Under the pieces are notes generated by a model. The model ran no database searches. It had not been told where the DNA came from and saw nothing but the letters and a program-made list of their open reading frames with translations. Positions 19,105 through 28,133 of a DNA stretch of 58,897 nucleotides are shown here, piece after piece. The stretch spans positions 1 to 58,897 of the forward strand of contig CACMYW010000002.1 of the NCBI GenBank assembly GCA_902617955.1. Reading direction: 5' to 3'. Every line of letters begins with the position of its first letter. Within the stretch, counting starts at the first letter, position 1. A program made the translations under genes and the position numbers. Source of the DNA: an uncultured SAR86 cluster bacterium (lineage in GTDB: Bacteria > Pseudomonadota > Gammaproteobacteria > Magnimaribacterales > D2472).

Positions 19105-20156
19105 ACCTAGAAAAATACTTAATTTCTGAAAATGCTACTATCTTAGAGGCCATAGATAAAATAAATAAAAATGGGGACAGATTTATACTTATTATCAATA
19201 ATAAGAGTCAAGTTGTTGGTCTGGCAACTGACGGAGACATCAGAAGAACAATCCTAAATAAAGTCGGTCTTAAAGAATATATTACTAAAGCAATGAATAG
19301 AGACTTCTTCTACTTAAACACTAGTGGAGATAAGTTTGAGGTATTTGAAGAAAATATTCACTTTGTACCTATCATCAATCAAAAAACTAAACAGCTGGAA
19401 GATATCTTATTTTTAGATGGTCAATCTAGACAGAATCAATATCATGAAATTCCAGCATTAATAATGGCCGGGGGATTCGGTAAGCGTCTCAGACCATTAA
19501 CTAATGATGTCCCAAAACCAATGTTGGAGATTGCTGGAATACCATTGCTAGAAATTACTATCAACTACCTTAAAAGCTTAGGAATAAAGAAAATTTTAAT
19601 TTCTACATTCCACCTGTCTGAAAAGATAATAAATTATTTTGGTGACGGCTCAATTTTTAATGTTGAAATAGTGTATCTTCATGAAAAATCACCCTCTGGT
19701 ACAGCTGGATGCCTAGGGATAATACCTGATAGCTACCAATTTGAATCACTGTTAATAATCAATGGAGACATATTAACTAGAATTAATTATCCTGAGCTAA
19801 TAGATTTTCATATAGATAACAGAAATGATTTAACAGTTGCGACTAATTTTTATGAACATCAGGTGCCTTACGGTGTAATTAATTCAAAAAAGGGGAGGCT
19901 GGTAAGCATTATTGAAAAACCTATCCAAAATTACGAAATCAGTGCGGGAATCTATTTAATTAATAGGTCAATAATTGAAAAACATATTAATAAGAAAGCA
20001 AAGATGGACATGCCCGAGTTAATATCTAAAGTACTTAATAATATGGGAAATATCGGAGCTTTTCCTATACATGAATACTGGTTAGACATTGGTAGAAAAA
20101 ATGATTTTGATAGAGCGCAGAGTGAATTAGAAATTTATTTTGAGAAATCAACATAA
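19101..20156 (+). CDS. CBS-domain sugar-1-phosphate nucleotidyltransferase (PtmE-like)
   Basis: N-terminal CBS pair followed by IMAGGFGKRLRPLTNDVPKPM, the nucleotidyltransferase signature. This architecture matches the GlcN-1-P guanylyltransferase of the GDP-linked legionaminic acid route. Confidence 0.8.
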   Translation: MNLEKYLISENATILEAIDKINKNGDRFILIINNKSQVVGLATDGDIRRTILNKVGLKEYITKAMNRDFFYLNTSGDKFEVFEENIHFVPIINQKTKQLEDILFLDGQSRQNQYHEIPALIMAGGFGKRLRPLTNDVPKPMLEIAGIPLLEITINYLKSLGIKKILISTFHLSEKIINYFGDGSIFNVEIVYLHEKSPSGTAGCLGIIPDSYQFESLLIINGDILTRINYPELIDFHIDNRNDLTVATNFYEHQVPYGVINSKKGRLVSIIEKPIQNYEISAGIYLINRSIIEKHINKKAKMDMPELISKVLNNMGNIGAFPIHEYWLDIGRKNDFDRAQSELEIYFEKST

Positions 20157-20183
20157 CATACAAAAATTTTTTTAAAGTCTTAG

Positions 20184-21173
20184 ATGAGAGTTTTCAATCA
20201 AATTGGGGTAGTAGGAACAGGGAATATAGCAGAGAGACATCGCTCTAATATAAAAAAGTTAATTCCAGACACAAAAATAATTGCGCTATCTTCAAGAGAA
20301 AACTATCCCCAAAAAAAATTATATTATGCTGACTCTATCGCAAAAAATGTTGATGATTTAATTGAAAAACAAATTGATTGCGCAATAGTTGCTGCCCCAG
20401 CTAATCTTCATGAATATTTTTCTAACAAATTTATTCAAAATGGAATACCTGTCCTTATTGAAAAACCTCTTGCGACAACAATTTCTGATGCTAAAAAAAT
20501 TTATATGAATGCCAATAAATTCAAAATACCTGTAGGTGTTGGGTATTGTTTAAGATACTTACCATCATCAAATATTGTAAAAAAAATTCTTTCAAGTGGT
20601 CGTTTGGGAAGACTATTCTATGGAAATGTAGAGGTTGGTCATTATTTACCTGATTGGAGACCAGATCAGGACTATCTAAAGTCAGTTTCAGCTAACAAAG
20701 AGCTTGGCGGTGGTGTCCTCTTGGAATTAAGTCATGAACTCGATTATTTGAATTGGTTTTTTGGTCCCCTAGAAGTAATACATTCAAATTTAAGGCGCTC
20801 AAGTGAGCTAAGGCTTGATGTTGAAGACTGTGTAGATTTTACTTTAAAAAACGATAATGAAATAAACATAAGCATCCATTTAGATTTTTTACAAAAAAAA
20901 CCACATAGAAAATGTCGATTTGTTGGAACAGAAGGTGTCCTTGAATGGGATTTATTTAACCACAAGGTAGTATTAGTTGATAAAAAAAATTCTGAAGTAA
21001 TCTACGATAATGAGAATTTTGATTTAAATTGGATATATATAGAAATGTTAAAAGATTTTATAAATCTTTGTAATCAGGCTAGAAATATTTTAGCAACCCC
21101 AAAAGATGGTGTTGAGGTGATTGATTTAATTGAAAAAATAAAATTACATAATCTTGATCAAGTAAATAAATAA
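20184..21173 (+). CDS. Gfo/Idh/MocA family oxidoreductase
   Basis: IGVVGTGNIAERH Rossmann motif and LIEKPLA motif. Commonly found in NulO clusters. Confidence 0.8.
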   Translation: MRVFNQIGVVGTGNIAERHRSNIKKLIPDTKIIALSSRENYPQKKLYYADSIAKNVDDLIEKQIDCAIVAAPANLHEYFSNKFIQNGIPVLIEKPLATTISDAKKIYMNANKFKIPVGVGYCLRYLPSSNIVKKILSSGRLGRLFYGNVEVGHYLPDWRPDQDYLKSVSANKELGGGVLLELSHELDYLNWFFGPLEVIHSNLRRSSELRLDVEDCVDFTLKNDNEINISIHLDFLQKKPHRKCRFVGTEGVLEWDLFNHKVVLVDKKNSEVIYDNENFDLNWIYIEMLKDFINLCNQARNILATPKDGVEVIDLIEKIKLHNLDQVNK

Positions 21174-21871
21174 TGAAAAATTTTGCATTTATTTTTGCTA
21201 GAGGTGGATCTAAGGGTCTTCCAAATAAAAATTTAAGATTGTTAAAAGGCAAGCCACTTTTAGAATACTCAATCAATATTGCTCAGAGTTGTAAAATGAT
21301 TTCCAAGATTTTTGTTTCATCCGATAGTGAAAGGATTCTTGATCTTGCTAAAAACCTTGGCGCAAATGCAATAAGAAGACCAGACAAAATTTCTAATGAC
21401 AGCAGTCCTGAATGGCTTGCATGGCAACATGCAGTTTCACATGTAGAAAATAGATATGGTAATTTTGATAAATTTATTAGTCTTCCAACTACCAGCCCTT
21501 TAAGAAGAGTAGAAGATGTCAACGAAGCAATAACCAAAATATCAAATGAAGATGCGGATATTTGTATTGGAATTACTAAAGCGGATAATAATCCTTATTT
21601 TAATATGGTTGAGTACAACCAAAGCCACTGTCTTAAAATTGTAAAAAAGTTAGATAAAGAAGTGATCAGGAGACAAGATCAACCAAAAGTATTCAATGTA
21701 ACTACTGTTGTATATGTAACAACGCCTGATTATATAAAAAAGAATAATGGTGTTTTTGATGGCAAAGTGATAGGAGTTGATATTCATAAAAAAAATGCAA
21801 TAGATATAGATGATATTTATGATTTTAAATTTGCCGAATCTCTTATGGGAGTCCAGCAAGATGAAATTTGA
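21173..21871 (+). CDS. neuA: CMP-nonulosonic acid synthetase (acylneuraminate cytidylyltransferase family)
   Basis: AFIFARGGSKGLPNKN signature. 232 aa. Confidence 0.9.
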   Translation: MKNFAFIFARGGSKGLPNKNLRLLKGKPLLEYSINIAQSCKMISKIFVSSDSERILDLAKNLGANAIRRPDKISNDSSPEWLAWQHAVSHVENRYGNFDKFISLPTTSPLRRVEDVNEAITKISNEDADICIGITKADNNPYFNMVEYNQSHCLKIVKKLDKEVIRRQDQPKVFNVTTVVYVTTPDYIKKNNGVFDGKVIGVDIHKKNAIDIDDIYDFKFAESLMGVQQDEI

Positions 21872-22607
21872 TATCAAGAACAAAAGCTTCCTCATATTTG
21901 GTGCAAATGGTCTATTAGGAAAAAAGCTTACTAAGGAGCTTCTGTCTCATGGAGCAAAAATATACGCAGCAGACATAAACTTTTCTAAAGATAAAGTTTT
22001 TCAGCATAAGAACTTAAAAGTTCTAAATATTAATATTAATAATTTAGATCAAGTTGAGGGACTTTTTAAAAGAGATATTAGGTTTGATGGAGCGGTGAAC
22101 TGCACTTATCCAAGAAATAATAATTATGGTAAAAGCTTCTTTGATGTTGCAGTTGAAGATTTCAATGAAAATATCTCAATGAATTTAGGTGGAGTATTTT
22201 CATTTTCTAGATGTTGTGCAAATTACTTTATAAAAAGAAAAACACCTTTTTCCTTGGTAAATATTGCATCTATATATGGAGTGATAAGCCCAAAATTTGA
22301 AATTTATAATGATACAAAAATGACGATGCCAATCGAGTACTCAGCAATAAAATCATCTCTAATTCACCTAAGCAAGTACATCACATCGTACATTAATCAC
22401 TCTGACTTTCGTATAAACTGTGTTAGTCCTGGTGGCATCTTTGATAATCAAGAAAAAAATTTTTTAGAAGCATACAAAAGGAATACCTTTGGAACTGGAA
22501 TGCTAGAAGCTGAAGATGTATGTGGGACAGTTCTATTCCTGTTGTCTGATGCATCTAAGTTTATTAATGGACAAAATATTATCGTTGATGATGGTTTTTC
22601 TTTATGA
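21861..22607 (+). CDS. short-chain dehydrogenase/reductase (SDR)
   Basis: FLIFGANGLLGKKL Rossmann motif and catalytic YSAIK (YxxxK). The start was moved to the ATG at 21861 (MKFDIKNK), because the listed 21810 start overlaps neuA by 62 nt. Confidence 0.8.
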   Translation: MKFDIKNKSFLIFGANGLLGKKLTKELLSHGAKIYAADINFSKDKVFQHKNLKVLNININNLDQVEGLFKRDIRFDGAVNCTYPRNNNYGKSFFDVAVEDFNENISMNLGGVFSFSRCCANYFIKRKTPFSLVNIASIYGVISPKFEIYNDTKMTMPIEYSAIKSSLIHLSKYITSYINHSDFRINCVSPGGIFDNQEKNFLEAYKRNTFGTGMLEAEDVCGTVLFLLSDASKFINGQNIIVDDGFSL

Positions 22608-23977
22608 AAACTATAATGTATTTATTCAGTGTCTCAGATAATTTCTTTATAGACTACTCACCGATTTTAAAAGAACAAGGATTTGAGAATTTCATTGGAA
22701 TTGCCTACGGTAAAAATGAGAATTTTGGTAACTTTGAATTTAATGATCTTATATATATTTCAGAATTAGAAAGGGAAATTCTTTCAGGAAAATATGAGCT
22801 AAAGAATGATCTCAGAGAGATAGAAGAATTTACAAATTTATCAATATCTAATTGCATTAATGCAGATAGGCATTTGATGAAGAAACCCAAGCAGTTAAGA
22901 GAAAGACTCGCATATAAAATTATTGATGAGGCAATTTCTCTAATAAACAAATATCAAGTTGACTTAATTTTTTCTTCCCATGCTGCTGATCTTCTTTCAT
23001 TTTTTGTGTCTGAATATTGCTTGAAAGCAAATATACACTTTTTGTATCCAATTCACGCTAGGATTGGTAGTAAATTTTTTTATGCTTGTAAATTTGATAA
23101 TATGCCAATCAATTTTCTTGAGAGATATAGACACAATTTATTAGAAGAAAAAAATAGGGAAGAACAGCTAATAAAAGAATATGTCGCTAATAAGCAACAG
23201 CCTGGTTATTTAGCATCCAGCAATGAATTGCAATTCAAATATTTAACTACTACTCAACTCATTGATTACTTGAGCTATATAAAACGCTATTTTGCTGACA
23301 ATAAATCTCTGCATCTAACAGAAAGCCCGCTTGAACTATTTTTTGGAAAATTGCAAAAGATATACAGAAAAATTGGGTATGATAAAGTTAAAAAATATAG
23401 ACATTTTTCCGAAAAGTATTTTATTTTTCCTCTTCAGTTTATTCCAGAGGCAGCTACTTTAGTTCAAGGAAGCAAGTTATATGATATGTTTGCTTTAACT
23501 GAATTATTATCTAAATCAATGCCATATGGATACAAATTAGTAGTCAAGGAACATAAGCACTGTATTGGCAGAAGGCCTGTATCATTTTATAAAAAGATTG
23601 CAAATTTTCACAATGTTACTCTTTGTGATGAAAATTATGATATTTATGATTTAATCTCTGATTCATCTGGTGTCTTAACGATTTCATCAACAATGGGATT
23701 AGAAGCAATGATGATGGGAAAGCCTGTTGGGGTGTTAGGACAAAACTATTTTAATATTTCTAAAAATGCATACCCACTTCATAATTTGTATGAAATAGAA
23801 AACCAATTACGACTAATGATTGATCATAAATTTAATAAAAATGACTTGCTCTCAATCATTAAAACTATTCTTGATTGTAGTTTCGATGCAAATATACATC
23901 CTAAATATTATAGTGATCTCGATAAACTTCCAAACATAAAAGCTTATATAAATTCTTTAAAAAATAAAAGTGCTTAA
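22604..23977 (+). CDS. capsule-synthesis (KpsS/KpsC/LpsZ, PF05159-like) family protein; candidate ulosonic-acid transferase
   Basis: YFIFPLQFIPEAATLVQG and LVVKEHKHCIGRRP resemble the two conserved blocks of the Capsule_synth family. Overlaps the upstream SDR by 4 nt. Confidence 0.5.
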   Translation: MKTIMYLFSVSDNFFIDYSPILKEQGFENFIGIAYGKNENFGNFEFNDLIYISELEREILSGKYELKNDLREIEEFTNLSISNCINADRHLMKKPKQLRERLAYKIIDEAISLINKYQVDLIFSSHAADLLSFFVSEYCLKANIHFLYPIHARIGSKFFYACKFDNMPINFLERYRHNLLEEKNREEQLIKEYVANKQQPGYLASSNELQFKYLTTTQLIDYLSYIKRYFADNKSLHLTESPLELFFGKLQKIYRKIGYDKVKKYRHFSEKYFIFPLQFIPEAATLVQGSKLYDMFALTELLSKSMPYGYKLVVKEHKHCIGRRPVSFYKKIANFHNVTLCDENYDIYDLISDSSGVLTISSTMGLEAMMMGKPVGVLGQNYFNISKNAYPLHNLYEIENQLRLMIDHKFNKNDLLSIIKTILDCSFDANIHPKYYSDLDKLPNIKAYINSLKNKSA

Positions 23978-25142
23978 ATTAAAGCTTAGCAGTGAAAGGT
24001 TGGTATATCTTTCAAAATTTATTTACTTAACTTTTTCCTCATTATTAACTTTATTTTTAATGTTTCAAAAAAGCCCTGCTTTATTTGGCGAATACTCATT
24101 ATTTACAGTACAAATAATGTTCAGCTCTTATATCATGTTGCATGGTTTGCCAAATGTATTGCAGCATTCAGTATCTAAGCAAAGAGCGATAAATTTATTT
24201 TTTTTCTTTCCAAGCCTCATCAGTCTTGTATTAATTTTAATCCTATCTTGCTTCCTTGGTATTTCAAATCCTGTTTTATTCTTTGCAATTCTTTTCGGTA
24301 GCATAACTTTCTCAATTATTAACATACATACAATTGGGTCTCAAAAGTACTTCTTGAATTTAATTTTAACTATAGCAGGAAACCTATGGATGCCTCTTGT
24401 GATGCTTTTGGATTTATTTTATTCGGTTGATCTAGACTTTATTTTAAATATTTGGAGTCTGAACTCTGTTCTCATTCTTATATTTTCGAGTATTTATTTT
24501 ATCCAGATTAGGATCTACAAAAATTTTATATTTAATCCAAATGTCAGTGATCTATTAAATATGATATCTAACACTTTACTGGGTTTACCTTTTGAGCTGC
24601 TACGATATATCGAAAGAAATTTCTTTTCATCAATCCTTTCAGAAACAATTTTTGGTGTTTACAGCTTCATTGCATATTTTATGTCATCTATCCAAGGCAT
24701 TTTTATTAGGACAAAAAATCAATTTCTAATTAATAAGATAAGTGATGATCAAACACAAATAAAGCTTATTCAAATATACAAGAAGTCAATTATTAACTTA
24801 TTCTTCTATATTCTAATTCCTTATGCTCTCCTAATGTTTGCACTTTTTTCTTATTATGGGCTGAGTGAGCTTAATTACTTATATTTGCTATTATTCCCGT
24901 ATATTTATAACCTAATTTTCAATTTGGCTAGTGGATATTTAATTAGTATTGAGCTTTTCTCAAATACTTATATAAAAACTTTATTTTTTTTACTGATTAC
25001 ATCCTTAATTTTTATTTTATTTCTAGTTATTTCTTCTGTTATGTCGCTGAATTTGTCAATCTCATTATTACTGTTGTGCTTTTTTGCATTATATTTTCTT
25101 GCAAGGTTTCTATGGAAATCAAATAACCTTAGGATCAATTAA
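23970..25142 (+). CDS. polytopic membrane protein, putative O-unit flippase or polymerase (Wzx/Wzy-like)
   Basis: 390 aa, ~10 hydrophobic segments, extremely AT-rich, GTG start overlapping the upstream gene. No diagnostic motif. Confidence 0.35.
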   Translation: MLKLKLSSERLVYLSKFIYLTFSSLLTLFLMFQKSPALFGEYSLFTVQIMFSSYIMLHGLPNVLQHSVSKQRAINLFFFFPSLISLVLILILSCFLGISNPVLFFAILFGSITFSIINIHTIGSQKYFLNLILTIAGNLWMPLVMLLDLFYSVDLDFILNIWSLNSVLILIFSSIYFIQIRIYKNFIFNPNVSDLLNMISNTLLGLPFELLRYIERNFFSSILSETIFGVYSFIAYFMSSIQGIFIRTKNQFLINKISDDQTQIKLIQIYKKSIINLFFYILIPYALLMFALFSYYGLSELNYLYLLLFPYIYNLIFNLASGYLISIELFSNTYIKTLFFLLITSLIFILFLVISSVMSLNLSISLLLLCFFALYFLARFLWKSNNLRIN

Positions 25143-25253
25143 TATTTGTTTAAGAAACTGTTAACATTTCTTTGATAACCATATTTTTTTGGTAACGACA
25201 GATTGCACTTACTTGAAATATTTATGAATGAGAATCAGTTTATTAAGTAATTT

Positions 25254-26480
25254 CTATGGTTTAGTAATCTTTTTAGGCCCATTTACGGAATGTTTAAGAA
25301 TCCATTGATTTCCATCCATTTTCCATAAATGAGGAGATCTAAATTCATCCTCAACTTTACTAAATTCCTCTGGGGTTATATCTAGATATTCAAGAATTTC
25401 ATTAAAATAATTATCTGGAAATTCACCATCAAACTTATTAACAAGTGCTTGAGCTTCTTCTCTTGTTATATGATTATTTCTAATCTCTTGAGAAGAGTCA
25501 TAAGATGCGCGACCTAAACCAAACTTGATGAAGGTAGTATAGTAATGGAGATCATCTATTTTATCATCGATGCTATTATACTTTGAGTAAGTACCTTGAG
25601 TTCTAAAGGGTCTTGCTTCAAAGTTTACGTTTTCAACGGCGTAATAGTAAGCTTCTTGAGGTATCCATTTAAGGTAATACCCTAAGTAATGAACTTCAAT
25701 GTTAGTTTTTTCATAATCAGATGCCTCTAGTGGTAGAAATGCCTTTAAATCACTTTTTGATATGCCGTGATTCTCTATTAGTTCTTTGTATGGTATCCCA
25801 GCTATATAACTATCATCGAGGTTTTTTAGGGTATGGTATGACTTATCTCTTAAGGATCTTGAATTATCTGCAAGAGGGTTTCCATATTCTGCTTCATTCT
25901 CCCCATAGAATATTAGGTCAATTCCAAAGTTTTTTGCTATCTTTGGAGCTAGATTCTTTTGACCCAATATAAATGTTTGAAAAGGATGGAAAAGATTCAG
26001 AATCCCTAGCCTTGTGAGAGTTTTCATGGCTTTGCCATTTGGTTTGAACGTAACATTATCAAACCCACCAATTTCTATCCAATTTTTAAAATTTTGATAC
26101 CCATAATCTGTATACAAAATTGGAGGCCATGTACATGTTAGAGGATTCATGCCATATTTATATTTCAAGATATGGGACTGGAAAACACTATCTTTGCCAC
26201 CACTACCTGGTACTAAACAATCGTACTCACCATTATTTTTTCTGTGTTTTTCAAGAAGCAAAATAAGCTCTTGTTCTCTAGAATCCCAGTCAATTTTCTC
26301 TTTATCTTCTGCATGTCTACATGCATCGCAAATTCCTTGGTCATCAATATTAAGGTACTTAGCACCATCTCTATTTCTTGTATGCTTAAATTCAGGAATT
26401 GAAGCTGGTCTTTGATTAGACATAACACACCTTGTACAAAATTTAACTTCGGCAGGTAAATTAAATAAGGTTTTTGACAT
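25254..26480 (-). CDS. N-acetyl sugar amidotransferase (WbpG/WbuX/PseA-type, PP-loop)
   Basis: N-terminal Cys-rich motifs (CTRCVMSN...CDAC) and the PP-loop LVPGSGGKDS. Lies directly downstream of HisH/HisF paralogs. Confidence 0.85.
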   Translation of the reverse strand: MSKTLFNLPAEVKFCTRCVMSNQRPASIPEFKHTRNRDGAKYLNIDDQGICDACRHAEDKEKIDWDSREQELILLLEKHRKNNGEYDCLVPGSGGKDSVFQSHILKYKYGMNPLTCTWPPILYTDYGYQNFKNWIEIGGFDNVTFKPNGKAMKTLTRLGILNLFHPFQTFILGQKNLAPKIAKNFGIDLIFYGENEAEYGNPLADNSRSLRDKSYHTLKNLDDSYIAGIPYKELIENHGISKSDLKAFLPLEASDYEKTNIEVHYLGYYLKWIPQEAYYYAVENVNFEARPFRTQGTYSKYNSIDDKIDDLHYYTTFIKFGLGRASYDSSQEIRNNHITREEAQALVNKFDGEFPDNYFNEILEYLDITPEEFSKVEDEFRSPHLWKMDGNQWILKHSVNGPKKITKP

Positions 26481-26482
26481 AA

Positions 26483-27109
26483 TTACTTTATTAGATTAAA
26501 AAAATTGGTACATAAAGCTAATCCGCAGGCTCCACTTTTCTCAGGATGGAACTGCGTAGCGATAATGTTACCCTTTCCAAAAGAAGAACAAAAGGTTTGC
26601 TCTCCAAAATTAGTTTCACATATAAAATCTAGTGAAGATAAGGGAGAAACAAAGAATGAGTGCACAAAATAGAAATAGTCTTCTTTAAAGTCTGTTCCCA
26701 AAAAAGGAGTGGTTCCATTTTTAAGAAATACTTTATTCCAGCCAACATGGGGAATTGAAGGGACTTTGTTTGAATCTAGTTTTGATACGTTACCCTCGAT
26801 AATCCCCAATCCCTTTGTAAGACCAAATTCGTCACTCTCTTCCATAAGAAGCTGCATTCCAAGGCAAATTCCCAAAACTGGATTTCCAGAATGACAAAAA
26901 TCTTTTATTCTCGAAATCATATCCAATTTTTGTAAGTTTTTCATTGCCTCCTTATAAGAACCAACTCCAGGAAGAATAATAGATTTTGCATTTTTTAGAT
27001 CTTTAACTTCGTTTGAGGTGGCATAGCTAATTTGAAATTTTTTGCAAAGATTAATTACGCTGTGTAGATTGCTTAACTGGGTATCAATAATAATAGTATC
27101 TAAATTCAT
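26483..27109 (-). CDS. hisH: HisH-like class I glutamine amidotransferase (WbuY-type LPS paralog)
   Basis: GICLGMQLL nucleophile elbow and QFHPEKS. No other his genes are nearby. Confidence 0.85.
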   Translation of the reverse strand: MNLDTIIIDTQLSNLHSVINLCKKFQISYATSNEVKDLKNAKSIILPGVGSYKEAMKNLQKLDMISRIKDFCHSGNPVLGICLGMQLLMEESDEFGLTKGLGIIEGNVSKLDSNKVPSIPHVGWNKVFLKNGTTPFLGTDFKEDYFYFVHSFFVSPLSSLDFICETNFGEQTFCSSFGKGNIIATQFHPEKSGACGLALCTNFFNLIK

Positions 27110-27951
27110 AGCCTTATTGGAACATCCCTTTTTTGCAGCAAATTTTTAAGTTGCTTTATTGAAGAAGTTTGAACAAGTGTTGGAGTATCTAAATTTTCAT
27201 CAATAAATTTATAATTTCCTTCGCTAGATCTGGTAGATCCCAGGCTTTTACAAATTTGATAATGTAATATTGATGCTATCGCAACACCATCGCATCCTGC
27301 ATCCTGACAGATTTTTATATCTTCAACAGTATTGATTCCACCATGGTAAATAAAAGGAACGTTGATTTCACTGCACACCAAAGCAAGGAGATCTTGATCG
27401 GTTCCCTTGGCTGTACCTTCTCTGTTAACGTTAGTTAAAACTATCTCTCCAGCACCAAGGTCTTGAATTTTTTTCACCCAGTCTAAAACATGATAATTTG
27501 ATCTTTCTCTGCCATTATCAAAAGTAGCTATCCACTGATTAGCTATCTTGCTGCATTCTATTGAAATACAAATTGTGGATGATCCAAAAGCCTCAGATGC
27601 TTCTTTAATAAAGTTAGGGTTCTTAATTGCTGCTGTATTTATAGATACCTTATCAGCTCCTGCTCTTAGAATATTCTCAATATCTATAATTTTTCTTATC
27701 CCGCCGCCGACTGTAAGTGGTATAAATACTTTTTCTGCAACAATATTTACAATATCTGAAAGATTATTACGATCATATAAGCTAGCTACAATGTCTTGAA
27801 AAAAGAATTCATCAGCACCATCATTAAAATAATGTTCTGCAAATAATTCAGGGTTTCCGAGCACTCTTAGGCCTTCAAGTTTAACTCCTTTAACCAAGTT
27901 AGGCCCTTTGATATCAAGTCTTGGGATAATTCTTAGAGGTTTTTTAGCCAT
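27106..27951 (-). CDS. hisF: HisF-like cyclase subunit (WbuZ-type LPS paralog)
   Basis: IIPRLDIKGPNLVKG, PLTVGGGIR and ADKVSINTAA are HisF TIM-barrel motifs. Overlaps the hisH-like gene by 4 nt. Confidence 0.85.
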   Translation of the reverse strand: MAKKPLRIIPRLDIKGPNLVKGVKLEGLRVLGNPELFAEHYFNDGADEFFFQDIVASLYDRNNLSDIVNIVAEKVFIPLTVGGGIRKIIDIENILRAGADKVSINTAAIKNPNFIKEASEAFGSSTICISIECSKIANQWIATFDNGRERSNYHVLDWVKKIQDLGAGEIVLTNVNREGTAKGTDQDLLALVCSEINVPFIYHGGINTVEDIKICQDAGCDGVAIASILHYQICKSLGSTRSSEGNYKFIDENLDTPTLVQTSSIKQLKNLLQKRDVPIRL

Positions 27952-28133
27952 TACTTAAAAATTTTTGTGCATTATACAGTTAAATAGATCTTATTGTTCC
28001 AACAAAATTCTAAGAAATTTGCAAAGTTACTACTTCTTCTCTTAACTGCTCTGGCGAGCCAAATAACTGTCTATTAAAACCAATCCGCTTTTTTAGTTTT
28101 TAAAAAAAATAATAATTTCTAAAGGTAAATATT

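Noticed and set aside
25152-25172. Inverted repeat aagaaa-c-tgttaaca-tttctt between convergent genes, considered as a bidirectional terminator.
   Set aside because: The stem is almost entirely A-T with a bulge and a tiny loop, and no U-tract follows on either strand. This is not convincing as an intrinsic terminator.
26483-27951. hisH/hisF read as histidine biosynthesis genes.
   Set aside because: No other his genes are adjacent. They are packed directly against a PP-loop N-acetyl sugar amidotransferase (4-nt overlap, then a 2-nt gap), the known LPS-associated paralog arrangement (WbuY/WbuZ-like).
28048-28061. gctctggcgagcca resembles the 3' end of the tRNA-Leu (GCTCTGGGCACCA), so it could be an att-like partial tRNA repeat.
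   Set aside because: Only a 7-nt exact core plus scattered matches. The orientation is opposite to the tRNA gene, and no extended similarity to the T arm is present. This is compatible with chance.
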